A stretch of 60,740 nt of DNA, from assembly GCA_041663185.1 (NCBI GenBank), contig JBAZQY010000003.1, positions 1-60,740 on the forward strand, read 5' to 3'. The notes beneath the pieces are model-generated. The model did not search any database and was not told where the DNA came from. It was given only the letters and a program-made list of their open reading frames with translations. The position numbers and the translations under genes were made by a program. Below, piece by piece: positions 1 through 8,647 of this stretch (position 1 is its first letter; every line of letters begins with the position of its first letter). The DNA is from Minisyncoccota bacterium. Lineage in GTDB: Bacteria; Patescibacteriota; Minisyncoccia; Phycocordibacterales; UBA9973.

Positions 1-1213
1 TACCAGGAGTTGTTCCGGTACTGGCTACCGGAGTGACTTCGAATTTCAGAGTGGTTCCGACGTCAGCTTGGACTGTGGTGTAAGTGAGAGATGTGGCTCC
101 GTCGATGGCGACATCGTCCCTGAGCCAACGAAATGTAGAAGTTCCTTCTGGGTCAGAGTCGGCATCGGTGTAGGTGTAGGTACCGGTGAGAGTTTGGCTG
201 ATGTTTGGGGTGCCGGAGATGGTGACGGAGGAGGCTACGGGAGCGACATTGGACACTGAGGTGTAAATATAACCATTACTAACTACCGCTCCCAATTTTG
301 TACCATCAGAAGAAGAGGTAATGCCACGCCAAGCCCTCAAACCAGCTTCGGTCTGTTGTGTCCAATTTACTCCACTGTCAGTGGAAACATATATATAACC
401 ACCATCAACTGTAGCTGCTAATTTTGTACCATCAGATGAGGAAGTAATGGAATACCAATTTCGTGAACCAGCTCCAGTTTGTTCTGTCCAATTTACTCCG
501 CTGTCAGTAGAAGTATAAATGTAACCACCATTAACGATTGCTGCTAATTTCACTCCATCAGAAGAAGATGCGATGCCAAACCAAAAACGTGAACCAGCCC
601 CAGTTTGTTCTGTCCAATTTACTCCGCTATCGGTTGAAGTGTAAATATAACCATTCACAACCGGAGATGCCAACTTAACGCCGTCAGAAGAAGAAGTGAT
701 GCCATGCCAATATCTAGAACCAGATCCAGTCTGTTGTGTCCAGTTTGCTCCACTGTTTGCAGAGGTATAAATATAACCACTACCATCAACTACTCCTGCC
801 AATTTAACACCATCAGAAGAGGAAGTAAGACCATACCACCAACGTGAACCAGCTCCAGTTCGTTCTGTCCAATTTACTCCACTATTAATAGAAGTAAAAA
901 CACTACCTCCATATTCGGCAATTGCTAATTTTACACCATCAGAAGAAGATGCGATGGGCCACCAATCGAACGCACTAAGTGCTGTTTGCGCTGTCCAATT
1001 TACTCCACTATCTACAGATGTATAGACGTATGAACCAGCAACGGTTGCTGCTAATTTTACGCCATCAGACGATGAAGCAATTTCACGCCAAGCTCTTGAA
1101 CCAGAACCGGTTTGTTCTGTCCATCCGGCTGAAACATTTTGGGTAAATGTTAAACAAAATAAACTTAACAATAAAACTAATAATATACTATTGGGGTTAA
1201 AAAATTTTTGCAT
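1..1213 (-). CDS. Secreted/surface protein (3'-partial): signal peptide + seven ~42-aa BNR/Asp-box-like repeats (probable 7-bladed beta-propeller) + Ig-like domain
   Basis: Absent from the ORF track because it runs off the window. Hand translation from ATG at 1213: MQKFFNPNSILLVLLLSLFCLTFTQNVSAGWTEQTGSGSRAWREIASSSDGVKLAA...; the motif SSSDG(V/T)KL...YTSxDSGVNWT recurs 7 times at ~126-129 bp spacing, then TLTGTYTYTDADSDPEGTSTFRWLRD. Open frame to position 2. Confidence 0.85.
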   Translation of the reverse strand, partial: MQKFFNPNSILLVLLLSLFCLTFTQNVSAGWTEQTGSGSRAWREIASSSDGVKLAATVAGSYVYTSVDSGVNWTAQTALSAFDWWPIASSSDGVKLAIAEYGGSVFTSINSGVNWTERTGAGSRWWYGLTSSSDGVKLAGVVDGSGYIYTSANSGANWTQQTGSGSRYWHGITSSSDGVKLASPVVNGYIYTSTDSGVNWTEQTGAGSRFWFGIASSSDGVKLAAIVNGGYIYTSTDSGVNWTEQTGAGSRNWYSITSSSDGTKLAATVDGGYIYVSTDSGVNWTQQTEAGLRAWRGITSSSDGTKLGAVVSNGYIYTSVSNVAPVASSVTISGTPNISQTLTGTYTYTDADSDPEGTSTFRWLRDDVAIDGATSLTYTTVQADVGTTLKFEVTPVASTGTTPG

Positions 1214-1271
1214 AATATTAAAGATTAAAAAATTAATTAAATAAAATAAACCAATATTATGATAACATGAA

Positions 1272-2672
1272 TTAATTTAAAATAATATTAATTTCCTCTG
1301 GATTGTTTGGTATGTATGGACGCCATGGAGGAAAGATTCTGACCATGGCTCCTGCAATTCCTGGGTCTTGTCTAAAGATTGATAAAACATCATCCTTATG
1401 AACCCCCAATAATTTTGCTTTAAGTACTTCTATGTTGGGTTTCCAAATAGCATCAATATTTCCATTTAATAAAAACTGGACCGATGTCGTCTCTTTATTG
1501 ATTACTTGGTCTTTATTTAGAAAATTAAAAGACAGAGCGCTTAAATCTGGAATTGTTATTTCCTTTAATTCTTCTTTTTCTATTTCAGGAAAAGAAACGT
1601 TTAGAATATTTTTAACTAAACTTTCTTCTTTTAATAAAATAGCTGACAATTCACCATTGATTTCAATTGGAGCCTCTGGAGTCTTGAATAAAACATTATC
1701 ATTTATTGTGTAAGAAAAAGTAAAAGCTCCTGGATACAAAATATATCCTGGTGGAACAAGAGCTTTAACTTTTTTAATCATATCTTCTTTGAAAGAAGTT
1801 TGGGCAATAGTATCAACTGTATTTTTATCTAAATCATTCATTACATAAATCAATCCTGAGGCACCACCAATCAGTGGACTTTTTAATTTACCGTAGATTT
1901 TATTATATTTGGTGGTTCCCTTAAAAGCAGTTACGTTAAAATCTGAAGGCGCACCATTGTAAGCTTCTCCGGGAAGAAAAGCACTGATTTTAACAATTAC
2001 CTGGCCAGGAACAATTTTTTTATTAACTAATTTATAACCTGGAATAGTCACCGTATTATCTGTTTTATATGATTTACCTTCATTATCCGCTAGAAAAGTT
2101 CCGGCGGAAATTTTTTGAGTAGTTGTGCTAAATTCGTTATATAACGTCACACTGCCTTGTGCTTTAATCGAAACATCTTGCGTTTCAGTTAAAATTATAT
2201 TTTTATTTTTTGTATCACTAGTTATCATTATTTCAAAATCAACAGTTTTGCTTGTCTGATCTCCAGAAGCGAGAAATTGTTTATTGGTGAAAGGAATCGA
2301 TTGGTGTTTTGAAGTGATAGTGATATTTGCTTTTTGAAAAACATTACCAGCCCAATAAATACCACCCAAAAAGACAATGAGAACAAAAAGAATCAGAGTC
2401 AATCGGCTAATAACACGTTTTTTAATTTTAACTTGCGGAGTATTTTGTAATCTTTTTATTTTAGATTTATCTTTGGATAAATTTCTAAAATATTCTTCTA
2501 TTTTAGATTCTTTAACTACTTCCTTGTTGATTATCTTACTCTCATCTTCTATTGTAGATTGATTAGGATCAATGGAAATTGGTTGACGAGCAACAACTCC
2601 CTCTGTTTTTTTGGGGATTATTGTTTTTTTGTTTTCTTTTCTCTTTATATCTTCTATAATAATCCTAATCAT
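1272..2672 (-). CDS. Single-pass membrane protein with large extracytoplasmic beta-rich domain (resembles CPR proteins commonly labelled baseplate J/gp47-like)
   Basis: 466 aa; Lys/Glu-rich N-terminus, one TM helix (LTLILFVLIVFLGGIYWAG), then G-x-VTLYN / V-x-PG motifs. Family call is from recollection only. Confidence 0.45.
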   Translation of the reverse strand: MIRIIIEDIKRKENKKTIIPKKTEGVVARQPISIDPNQSTIEDESKIINKEVVKESKIEEYFRNLSKDKSKIKRLQNTPQVKIKKRVISRLTLILFVLIVFLGGIYWAGNVFQKANITITSKHQSIPFTNKQFLASGDQTSKTVDFEIMITSDTKNKNIILTETQDVSIKAQGSVTLYNEFSTTTQKISAGTFLADNEGKSYKTDNTVTIPGYKLVNKKIVPGQVIVKISAFLPGEAYNGAPSDFNVTAFKGTTKYNKIYGKLKSPLIGGASGLIYVMNDLDKNTVDTIAQTSFKEDMIKKVKALVPPGYILYPGAFTFSYTINDNVLFKTPEAPIEINGELSAILLKEESLVKNILNVSFPEIEKEELKEITIPDLSALSFNFLNKDQVINKETTSVQFLLNGNIDAIWKPNIEVLKAKLLGVHKDDVLSIFRQDPGIAGAMVRIFPPWRPYIPNNPEEINIILN

Positions 2673-2673
2673 A

Positions 2674-3855
2674 TTACTTAATTTTTTTTCTTGTTAAAGC
2701 AATAGCTTCAATCATCAAAAATGGATCGCAATCTCCATTTTTAATATCGCATTGATTTAAAAATTCTGGCCCATCTAAATTTACTACAATACATTTATGC
2801 CCTGAGACCATTGATTGAATATTTTCTTCGTCTTGTAAAACATTTACAAACCAATTTCTAATATCATTATCCGCTGTTAAAAATATTGTATTGGGTAAAA
2901 TAAGAATTCTCGGTAAAGTACTTAAACATTTACTAAAAGCTTCTCCCCAGGAATTTTCGATTGATTTAAAGAGTGGTTCAACTTTCTGCTTAAAAGCCGA
3001 TGACAAATTGTTCGTACTATAGAGTTTGAATAATTCTTTAGCATCTCGTAACTCAATTTCTAATTTAGTACACATATACTTGAAAAAAGTTTTCTTACCA
3101 AAAGGAAAAGACAGGACTGATTTCAGGACACCCTTAGTGACAATACCAACATCAGTTATTTCTCCACTAATATCAAGAAGTAAATATGAATCTGGAGTTA
3201 CATATTTATCCCTAACTGCAAAATAAGTATCCACAGTAAAAGAAGAGAAACTCACATTTTTATGATGATAAATTTTAGATAATATTTTACGAATTTCATC
3301 TAAACATAATTTAGGAACTAAAGATATAATCATATCCATTTCGAGCAGTTTACATTTTCTCCCAAATGGATCATTGACGGCATAGCCATTGAGTGATACA
3401 GACATAATGTGTTGTTCAATCAATTCGGGGATACTATCTAAACTACCATATTTATTTTTATACATATCTTTAAAACCAGAAATTTCTTTTTGAATTAATT
3501 CATCGGCTAAACGTTTATTAAAAATAAAAGATTTAGTATCTGACATTTTTACAACTCTGGTTTCTGATAAATACCAAGGAGAAGCAAGCACACAAAATAT
3601 CTCATCAGGAACTCCGGCTTTTTGCTGATAAAGATCGTCCGCTGTTTGATAAAGAGCCGAGAGCATATTCTTCATAAATATACTAAAATTGAAATCTTTT
3701 TCTGTCTTAATCTCATGACGAACAGATTTAAGGATAACTGGTATGCTATTTTCACTAGATGGAAGACGCACGACGGCACCACCGATACTTCCTGAGCCAA
3801 TATCAAAAATTGCGACAGTTCGTTCTTTTTTATGTAATCCAAATAAAAATCCCAT
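2674..3855 (-). CDS. Divergent actin-like ATPase fold protein (FtsA/PilM-like)
   Basis: Phosphate-1 motif AIFDIGSGSIGG and phosphate-2-like motif LLLDISGEITDVG; 393 aa; stop lies 1 bp from the start of the downstream membrane protein. Confidence 0.65.
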   Translation of the reverse strand: MGFLFGLHKKERTVAIFDIGSGSIGGAVVRLPSSENSIPVILKSVRHEIKTEKDFNFSIFMKNMLSALYQTADDLYQQKAGVPDEIFCVLASPWYLSETRVVKMSDTKSFIFNKRLADELIQKEISGFKDMYKNKYGSLDSIPELIEQHIMSVSLNGYAVNDPFGRKCKLLEMDMIISLVPKLCLDEIRKILSKIYHHKNVSFSSFTVDTYFAVRDKYVTPDSYLLLDISGEITDVGIVTKGVLKSVLSFPFGKKTFFKYMCTKLEIELRDAKELFKLYSTNNLSSAFKQKVEPLFKSIENSWGEAFSKCLSTLPRILILPNTIFLTADNDIRNWFVNVLQDEENIQSMVSGHKCIVVNLDGPEFLNQCDIKNGDCDPFLMIEAIALTRKKIK

Positions 3856-3909
3856 AGTACATATATTATACTATAGAATTAGTAAAATACTTAACTATTT
3901 GTGGAAAAA

Positions 3910-5724
3910 TTAAACGAAAACCGCTTTAATCCGACGAATACCCGAAGCGACAGCTTCTTCTTTTTGAATTTTAAATACACCCAATTCACTAGTGTTTGAA
4001 ACGTGTGGCCCGCCACAAAATTCTTTTGAAATATAATTACCATTCTCGTCTTCAATAAAATAGACAGAAACAGTTTCTGGGTATTTTGCTCCAAATTCCA
4101 TCTCGGCACCAATCATTTTGGCTTCAGTTAGAGGCATATCTTTATGAATTACTTTCAAATTTCTTTTTATTTTATCATTTACCCAGTCTTCCACTTTTTT
4201 CTTTTCCTCATCTGTAAGTTTATGGTCGCACATAAAATCCATACGTAAACGTTCTTCGGTGATATTACTACCCCTTTGTTTGATATTTCCATCAATAACA
4301 TTTTGTAATCCAGCCAAAAGTAAATGATGCGCGGTGTGAAGTCGAACAGTTTTCTCATTGTGGTCCGCTAGTCCGCCTTTAAATGTCCCCGCACTAGATG
4401 TGCGGGAAAGCTCTTGGTGCTCTTTTAATTTTTGATTAAAATCTTCTAAATCAACAGTTTTACCTTTTTCTTTGGCTAATTCAACAATAAGTTCAATCGG
4501 AAATCCATATGTCGTAAACAAAATAAATGGATCGGCCCCCTTTTCAAATTCGCGAATTCCATGTTCGAGTGTTAGGCGAAACTTACTTTCTTCCACATCA
4601 ATTTCTTTTTGAATAATTTCTTTATTTTTTAAAAGCTCTGGATATGTATTTTTATATTTTTCTATTACTATTTCTGAAAGAGCCAGTAAAGACCCATGTT
4701 TAAGAGAAATAAGATCCGAATGCCTGACTGCTCGACGAAGAACTCGACGTAAGATATATCCACGGCCTGTATTTGATGGTAAAACCCCATCAGCAATTAT
4801 AAAAACCGCCGTGCGGATGTGGTCAGCGACAATTCTAATTTGGCGTCTGGTGTCAACAAAATATTGTTTACCATCATTAATATATTCTTCATCTGATTTG
4901 TCTCCATAAGAAAGTCCTGAAAGTTCCTCTATCTTTTCTATAATCGGTAAAAATAAATCTGTCTCATAAGTACTTCTTTTACCTTGGACCATAGTTGTCA
5001 CCCGCTCTAGCCCTGCTCCAGTATCAATATTTTTTTGTGGAAGTTCTCCAACAATTTCGCCATTGACTTGATTGTAAGTCATAAAAACATCATTCCAAAT
5101 CTCTACAACTTTTTGTTCATCTTCAGCCAGATTGAATTCTTCTGCTGTTAAATCACCAAGCTTGCCAGTGACATCATAGAACATTTCTGTACTTGGGCCA
5201 GCTGGTGAATTGAGCCCAGCACTCCACCAATTTGATTTTGAATTTTTATAATAAATACGATGCTCTGGTATACCAAGTGATTTCCAAATTTCTACTGATT
5301 CCTTATCGGCTTCGAGTTTTTCATTTCCAGAAAAAACAGTCACATATAATCTTGCAACATCCAAGCCCAATCCTTCTTCTTTTCCCGTTAGAAATTCATA
5401 ACTCCACGAAATAGCTTCTTTTTTAAAATAATCACCAAGCGACCAATTCCCCATCATTTCAAAAAAAGTGTTGTGGGTATTGTCTCCGACTTCACTTAAA
5501 TCTATTGTTCTTAAACATTTTTGAAAATTGACTAGTCGGACTCCCTGTGGATGTGGCTCACCTAAAAGATAAGGAACAAATGGTTGCATCCCAGCTGTGT
5601 TAAAAAGTGTGGCATCCATAGCCCCAGCTATCGTTGTGGTCACAAGCGAAGCTGAGGGAACATAGGCATGTCCTCTTTTTTCAAAAAACTTTAAAAATCG
5701 TGATCTAATTTCATCTGACTGCAT
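3910..5724 (-). CDS. alaS: Alanine--tRNA ligase, short form (catalytic + editing domains, no C-Ala)
   Basis: TLFNTAGMQPF, HNTFFEMMGNWSLGDYFK, IDTGAGLER, editing motifs HTAHH and EFCGGPH. Start moved to MQSDEIRSRF (5724). Confidence 0.97.
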   Translation of the reverse strand: MQSDEIRSRFLKFFEKRGHAYVPSASLVTTTIAGAMDATLFNTAGMQPFVPYLLGEPHPQGVRLVNFQKCLRTIDLSEVGDNTHNTFFEMMGNWSLGDYFKKEAISWSYEFLTGKEEGLGLDVARLYVTVFSGNEKLEADKESVEIWKSLGIPEHRIYYKNSKSNWWSAGLNSPAGPSTEMFYDVTGKLGDLTAEEFNLAEDEQKVVEIWNDVFMTYNQVNGEIVGELPQKNIDTGAGLERVTTMVQGKRSTYETDLFLPIIEKIEELSGLSYGDKSDEEYINDGKQYFVDTRRQIRIVADHIRTAVFIIADGVLPSNTGRGYILRRVLRRAVRHSDLISLKHGSLLALSEIVIEKYKNTYPELLKNKEIIQKEIDVEESKFRLTLEHGIREFEKGADPFILFTTYGFPIELIVELAKEKGKTVDLEDFNQKLKEHQELSRTSSAGTFKGGLADHNEKTVRLHTAHHLLLAGLQNVIDGNIKQRGSNITEERLRMDFMCDHKLTDEEKKKVEDWVNDKIKRNLKVIHKDMPLTEAKMIGAEMEFGAKYPETVSVYFIEDENGNYISKEFCGGPHVSNTSELGVFKIQKEEAVASGIRRIKAVFV

Positions 5725-5759
5725 TTTTTTATCATACAACAAAAAGGTGAAATTAAAAA

Positions 5760-5795
5760 GCCCCGCACTAAATTGTTTACAATTTAGTGCGGGGC
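5760..5795 (-). terminator. Intrinsic terminator after the MgtC-family gene
   Basis: Perfect 17-bp arms gccccgcactaaattgt/acaatttagtgcggggc followed by a U-tract on the minus strand. Confidence 0.8.
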
Positions 5796-5812
5796 AATTC
5801 ATCTCAACTTTT

Positions 5813-6295
5813 TTAACTCAAATCTTGTATATCTTTACCTCTAAAATATTTAGTTTTTTTCAATTGTTCTTCAACAAACCACAATACAATAAAAATAAAT
5901 AATGTCAGAATGGTAGCTATAATAGCTATATCAAAAAGTTTAAATCCAGCTGCCATTCCGATTCCAGCTGAAACCCAGAGCCCAGTCGCTGTTGTCAGCC
6001 CCATCAATTTTGTTTCTTTAGCAAAAATAAGTCCAGTACCAATAAAACCAATCCCAACAATAATTTGAGAAGCCATTCTTGTTGGGTCAAAACCCCCGAT
6101 ACCTAAATAACGAACGGAAATCATTTCTGAAATAATAATAAATAATGCCGCCCCCATAGCAACAAGTGCATATGTTCGCATCCCAGCTGTCTTGTGCGCC
6201 CAAACACGTTCAACTCCAATAATCATCCCAAGTAGTAATGCAACCAGTAAACGAATAACGATATCCATTGTTGTTATATTTAAAATATTTTCCAT
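5813..6295 (-). CDS. MgtC/SapB family membrane protein
   Basis: GMIIGVER...KTAGMRTYALV, DPTRMASQIIVGIGFIGTG, GLTTATGLW. Confidence 0.93.
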   Translation of the reverse strand: MENILNITTMDIVIRLLVALLLGMIIGVERVWAHKTAGMRTYALVAMGAALFIIISEMISVRYLGIGGFDPTRMASQIIVGIGFIGTGLIFAKETKLMGLTTATGLWVSAGIGMAAGFKLFDIAIIATILTLFIFIVLWFVEEQLKKTKYFRGKDIQDLS

Positions 6296-6331
6296 AGGTT
6301 TATTGTAACAAATAATTTGATAATAATGAAA

Positions 6332-7306
6332 CTAATTTAAAATTCGTATTCTATTAAAATTTTTTCCAGATAAACCATTAATCGAAATTGGTACTATCTC
6401 AAATTTAGCGTTTTCTAGTTGAGATGGAGAGAAGATATATTCTATAAAATTAGTATCTAATTTTTTCAAAGCTCCTACCCCCACCCAAAATTTAGCAACT
6501 GAAGTTTTTGTGGTTCCTACAGCCATAACTTTGCCATCCTTAACAGGCGTAGGAAATACCAAGATTTTATCTTTTGCTCTATTGTATGGTCTTCTTTTAT
6601 CAACTGCATAATATGATTGGTGAATTAGTTCTACTTTTTCTTTCCATAATGGATCATTATCTTGTCCTGGATTTAATTTAACGTTAAGTTCAACCATCCG
6701 TTTTTCTTTATCCCCTAAACTAGGCAAACCTCCAAACTCTATTTTTTTCTTTTCTATCTTATCGGCTAAATCTTTTTCAAATTCTTCTTTTTCATAGAAA
6801 GACGAAACGGGAGTAAACGTGAATTTAATATTTTTGGGTATATAATTTTCAAGAAATTTAACTAATTCTTCAAAACTACTTTTATATTTTTCTGTGTCTT
6901 TTTTGGGAATATTGTTCATTCTTTCGACAATCATATCGTCAGAAACAAAATCAAAAATGATTCCTGGTGTGTATACTTCAGCAATAGATTTTAGCCATTT
7001 TGTATAATACATCAAAGTAAATAACTCAGCCCAATCAACTTCTGGAGTTTCTTCTAACCTCCATAGTTTATATCCACCAAAAGGAAAAGAGAACTTAATT
7101 GGCAAATTATTTTTAATACTTTCATTGATAACCTGTTTTATGTAACTTTGATATTCAGAGATAACCATGTATTTTCTGAATTTTTTAGACATAATTGTCT
7201 TAAAAATAAAATCCGCTAAATCTTTTTCTGAATTGAAAATATCTACTTTGGGGGAAGTAGACTTTAGTTCGTTTAGTTTTTTTTCTATAAATTCCTGTGC
7301 TGTCAT
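6332..7306 (-). CDS. Hypothetical protein, distantly PvcA/DIT1 (isonitrile synthase)-like
   Basis: Motif spacing PIKFSFP...VDWAELFTL...IAEVYTPG...VSDD matches my recollection of the DIT1_PvcA family. Confidence 0.5.
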   Translation of the reverse strand: MTAQEFIEKKLNELKSTSPKVDIFNSEKDLADFIFKTIMSKKFRKYMVISEYQSYIKQVINESIKNNLPIKFSFPFGGYKLWRLEETPEVDWAELFTLMYYTKWLKSIAEVYTPGIIFDFVSDDMIVERMNNIPKKDTEKYKSSFEELVKFLENYIPKNIKFTFTPVSSFYEKEEFEKDLADKIEKKKIEFGGLPSLGDKEKRMVELNVKLNPGQDNDPLWKEKVELIHQSYYAVDKRRPYNRAKDKILVFPTPVKDGKVMAVGTTKTSVAKFWVGVGALKKLDTNFIEYIFSPSQLENAKFEIVPISINGLSGKNFNRIRILN

Positions 7307-7312
7307 ACAATG

Positions 7313-7383
7313 AGATGTGGGTAGGAATTGAACCTACGATATATCTCTTGCGGAGATATGCCTTACCACTTGGCTACCACATC
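7313..7383 (-). tRNA. tRNA-Cys(GCA)
   Basis: Cloverleaf GATGTGG/CCACATC acceptor stem, U73 discriminator, T-loop TTCAATT, anticodon loop CC-GCA-AG (C at position 33). Confidence 0.9.
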
Positions 7384-7410
7384 AATTTCATCCTACAACA
7401 AAATTATTAT

Positions 7411-8538
7411 TTATTCAACAATTCCGCCCCCTAAACAAACGTCATCATCATAAATAACAATTGACTGACCCTTATCAACCAAAACTTCTTTTTCAAAAAT
7501 AATTTTTGCTTCATTTTGCCCCTTAACTTCAATCCGACAACTTAATAATTCTCCATGATAACGAATCTGGACTTGATACCCGCCTTGACTCGTAGGCGAG
7601 GCAGGTCTTTTTTCATTTTCTGGAACATTTAAAATCCAATTCACATTATTAATTTTTACTTTATTACTACCCCCTAGGTCTTGCCTAGTGGGTTGTCTGG
7701 TTGTAACAGTAATCGTATTTTTTTCTATGTTTTTTGAAATTATATACAAAGGTTCTTCCTTCTCTGATTTTTGGGTTATTGTAAAACCATGTCGTTCACC
7801 AAGCGTAAAAAATACTGCTCCATCGTGGGTTCCAATAATGTCCCCTTTTTCATCTAAAACATCTCCTTTTTCCGACTTAATATAATGTTTCAAAAAATCT
7901 TTCATATCAAGTGGACCCAAGAAACAAACCCCTTGACTGTCTTTTTTCTCGGCAACTGGGATTTTGTATTTGTTGGCAAGTTTACGAACCTCTGTTTTCT
8001 TTAAATGTCCAATAGGAAAAAGAACGTGGACTAAATCATCTTGATTTAGTGTCCAAAGAAAATATGATTGATCTTTTGAAGCATCTACTCCTTTCTTTAA
8101 TTCGTAATTCTTAACCCGCCTTGCGTCGTGGCAGGTTCCTAATTCGTAATTATTTATTGCGTAATGCCCCGTAGCAATAAAATCAGCCCCGTGAGCTTTT
8201 GCAAAATTCCAAAATACTCCGAACTTCACTTCACGATTGCACATTACATCTGGATTTGGAGTGTTGCCCTTTTTATATTCTAGAATCATATAATCCGCCA
8301 CTCCTTTTTTATATTCTTCTTCAGCGTCACATTCTAAAAATGGAATACCGAGATGAGCACATACTCGCATTGCATCACGTCGCTCGTCTTGCCAAGTACA
8401 CTTTATAAAATCTGGCGTCCAAGTACGTATAAAAACCCCAACAACGTCATATCCTTGGTCTTTCAAAAGTGCGACAGAGACAGAGCTATCTACCCCGCCC
8501 GATACACCAACAAATACAGTTTTGTTTATTTTATTCAT
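7411..8538 (-). CDS. mnmA: tRNA 2-thiouridine(34) synthase MnmA
   Basis: GVSGGVDSSV, PNPDVMCNREVKF, ATGHYA, KDQSYFL, KKDSQGVCF, GQSIVIY. Start moved to MNKINK (8538). Confidence 0.97.
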   Translation of the reverse strand: MNKINKTVFVGVSGGVDSSVSVALLKDQGYDVVGVFIRTWTPDFIKCTWQDERRDAMRVCAHLGIPFLECDAEEEYKKGVADYMILEYKKGNTPNPDVMCNREVKFGVFWNFAKAHGADFIATGHYAINNYELGTCHDARRVKNYELKKGVDASKDQSYFLWTLNQDDLVHVLFPIGHLKKTEVRKLANKYKIPVAEKKDSQGVCFLGPLDMKDFLKHYIKSEKGDVLDEKGDIIGTHDGAVFFTLGERHGFTITQKSEKEEPLYIISKNIEKNTITVTTRQPTRQDLGGSNKVKINNVNWILNVPENEKRPASPTSQGGYQVQIRYHGELLSCRIEVKGQNEAKIIFEKEVLVDKGQSIVIYDDDVCLGGGIVE

Positions 8539-8568
8539 AAATTTATTAAAAATAGGTTGTGGAATATT

Positions 8569-8618
8569 AATTTTATGAGTCGTGTCGGAGCCCTTTAGGG
8601 TAAAGCGCGAATAAAATT
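8569..8618. repeat. Hairpin element, core family A (copy 1, degenerate arms)
   Basis: Core cgtgtcggagccctttagggtaaagcg at 8581-8607, one mismatch to the cores at 9633 and 29305. Confidence 0.85.
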
Positions 8619-8647
8619 GATATGCCACAACCTATTTCATTCACTAT

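Noticed and set aside
68-259. 63-aa + strand ORF
   Set aside because: Antisense shadow of the long minus-strand surface-protein gene (1-1213).
1272-2672. Prophage or contractile injection system
   Set aside because: Only a weak baseplate-J-like resemblance; no terminase, capsid, sheath, tube or integrase genes.
5725-5802. N-terminal extension of AlaRS in the ORF track
   Set aside because: Runs through a terminator hairpin; the family start is MQSDEIRSRF at 5724.
8539-8628. 30-aa N-terminal extension of MnmA through the family A element
   Set aside because: No family similarity; MNKINKTVFVGVSGG is the expected start. Translation of the extension cannot be excluded without data.
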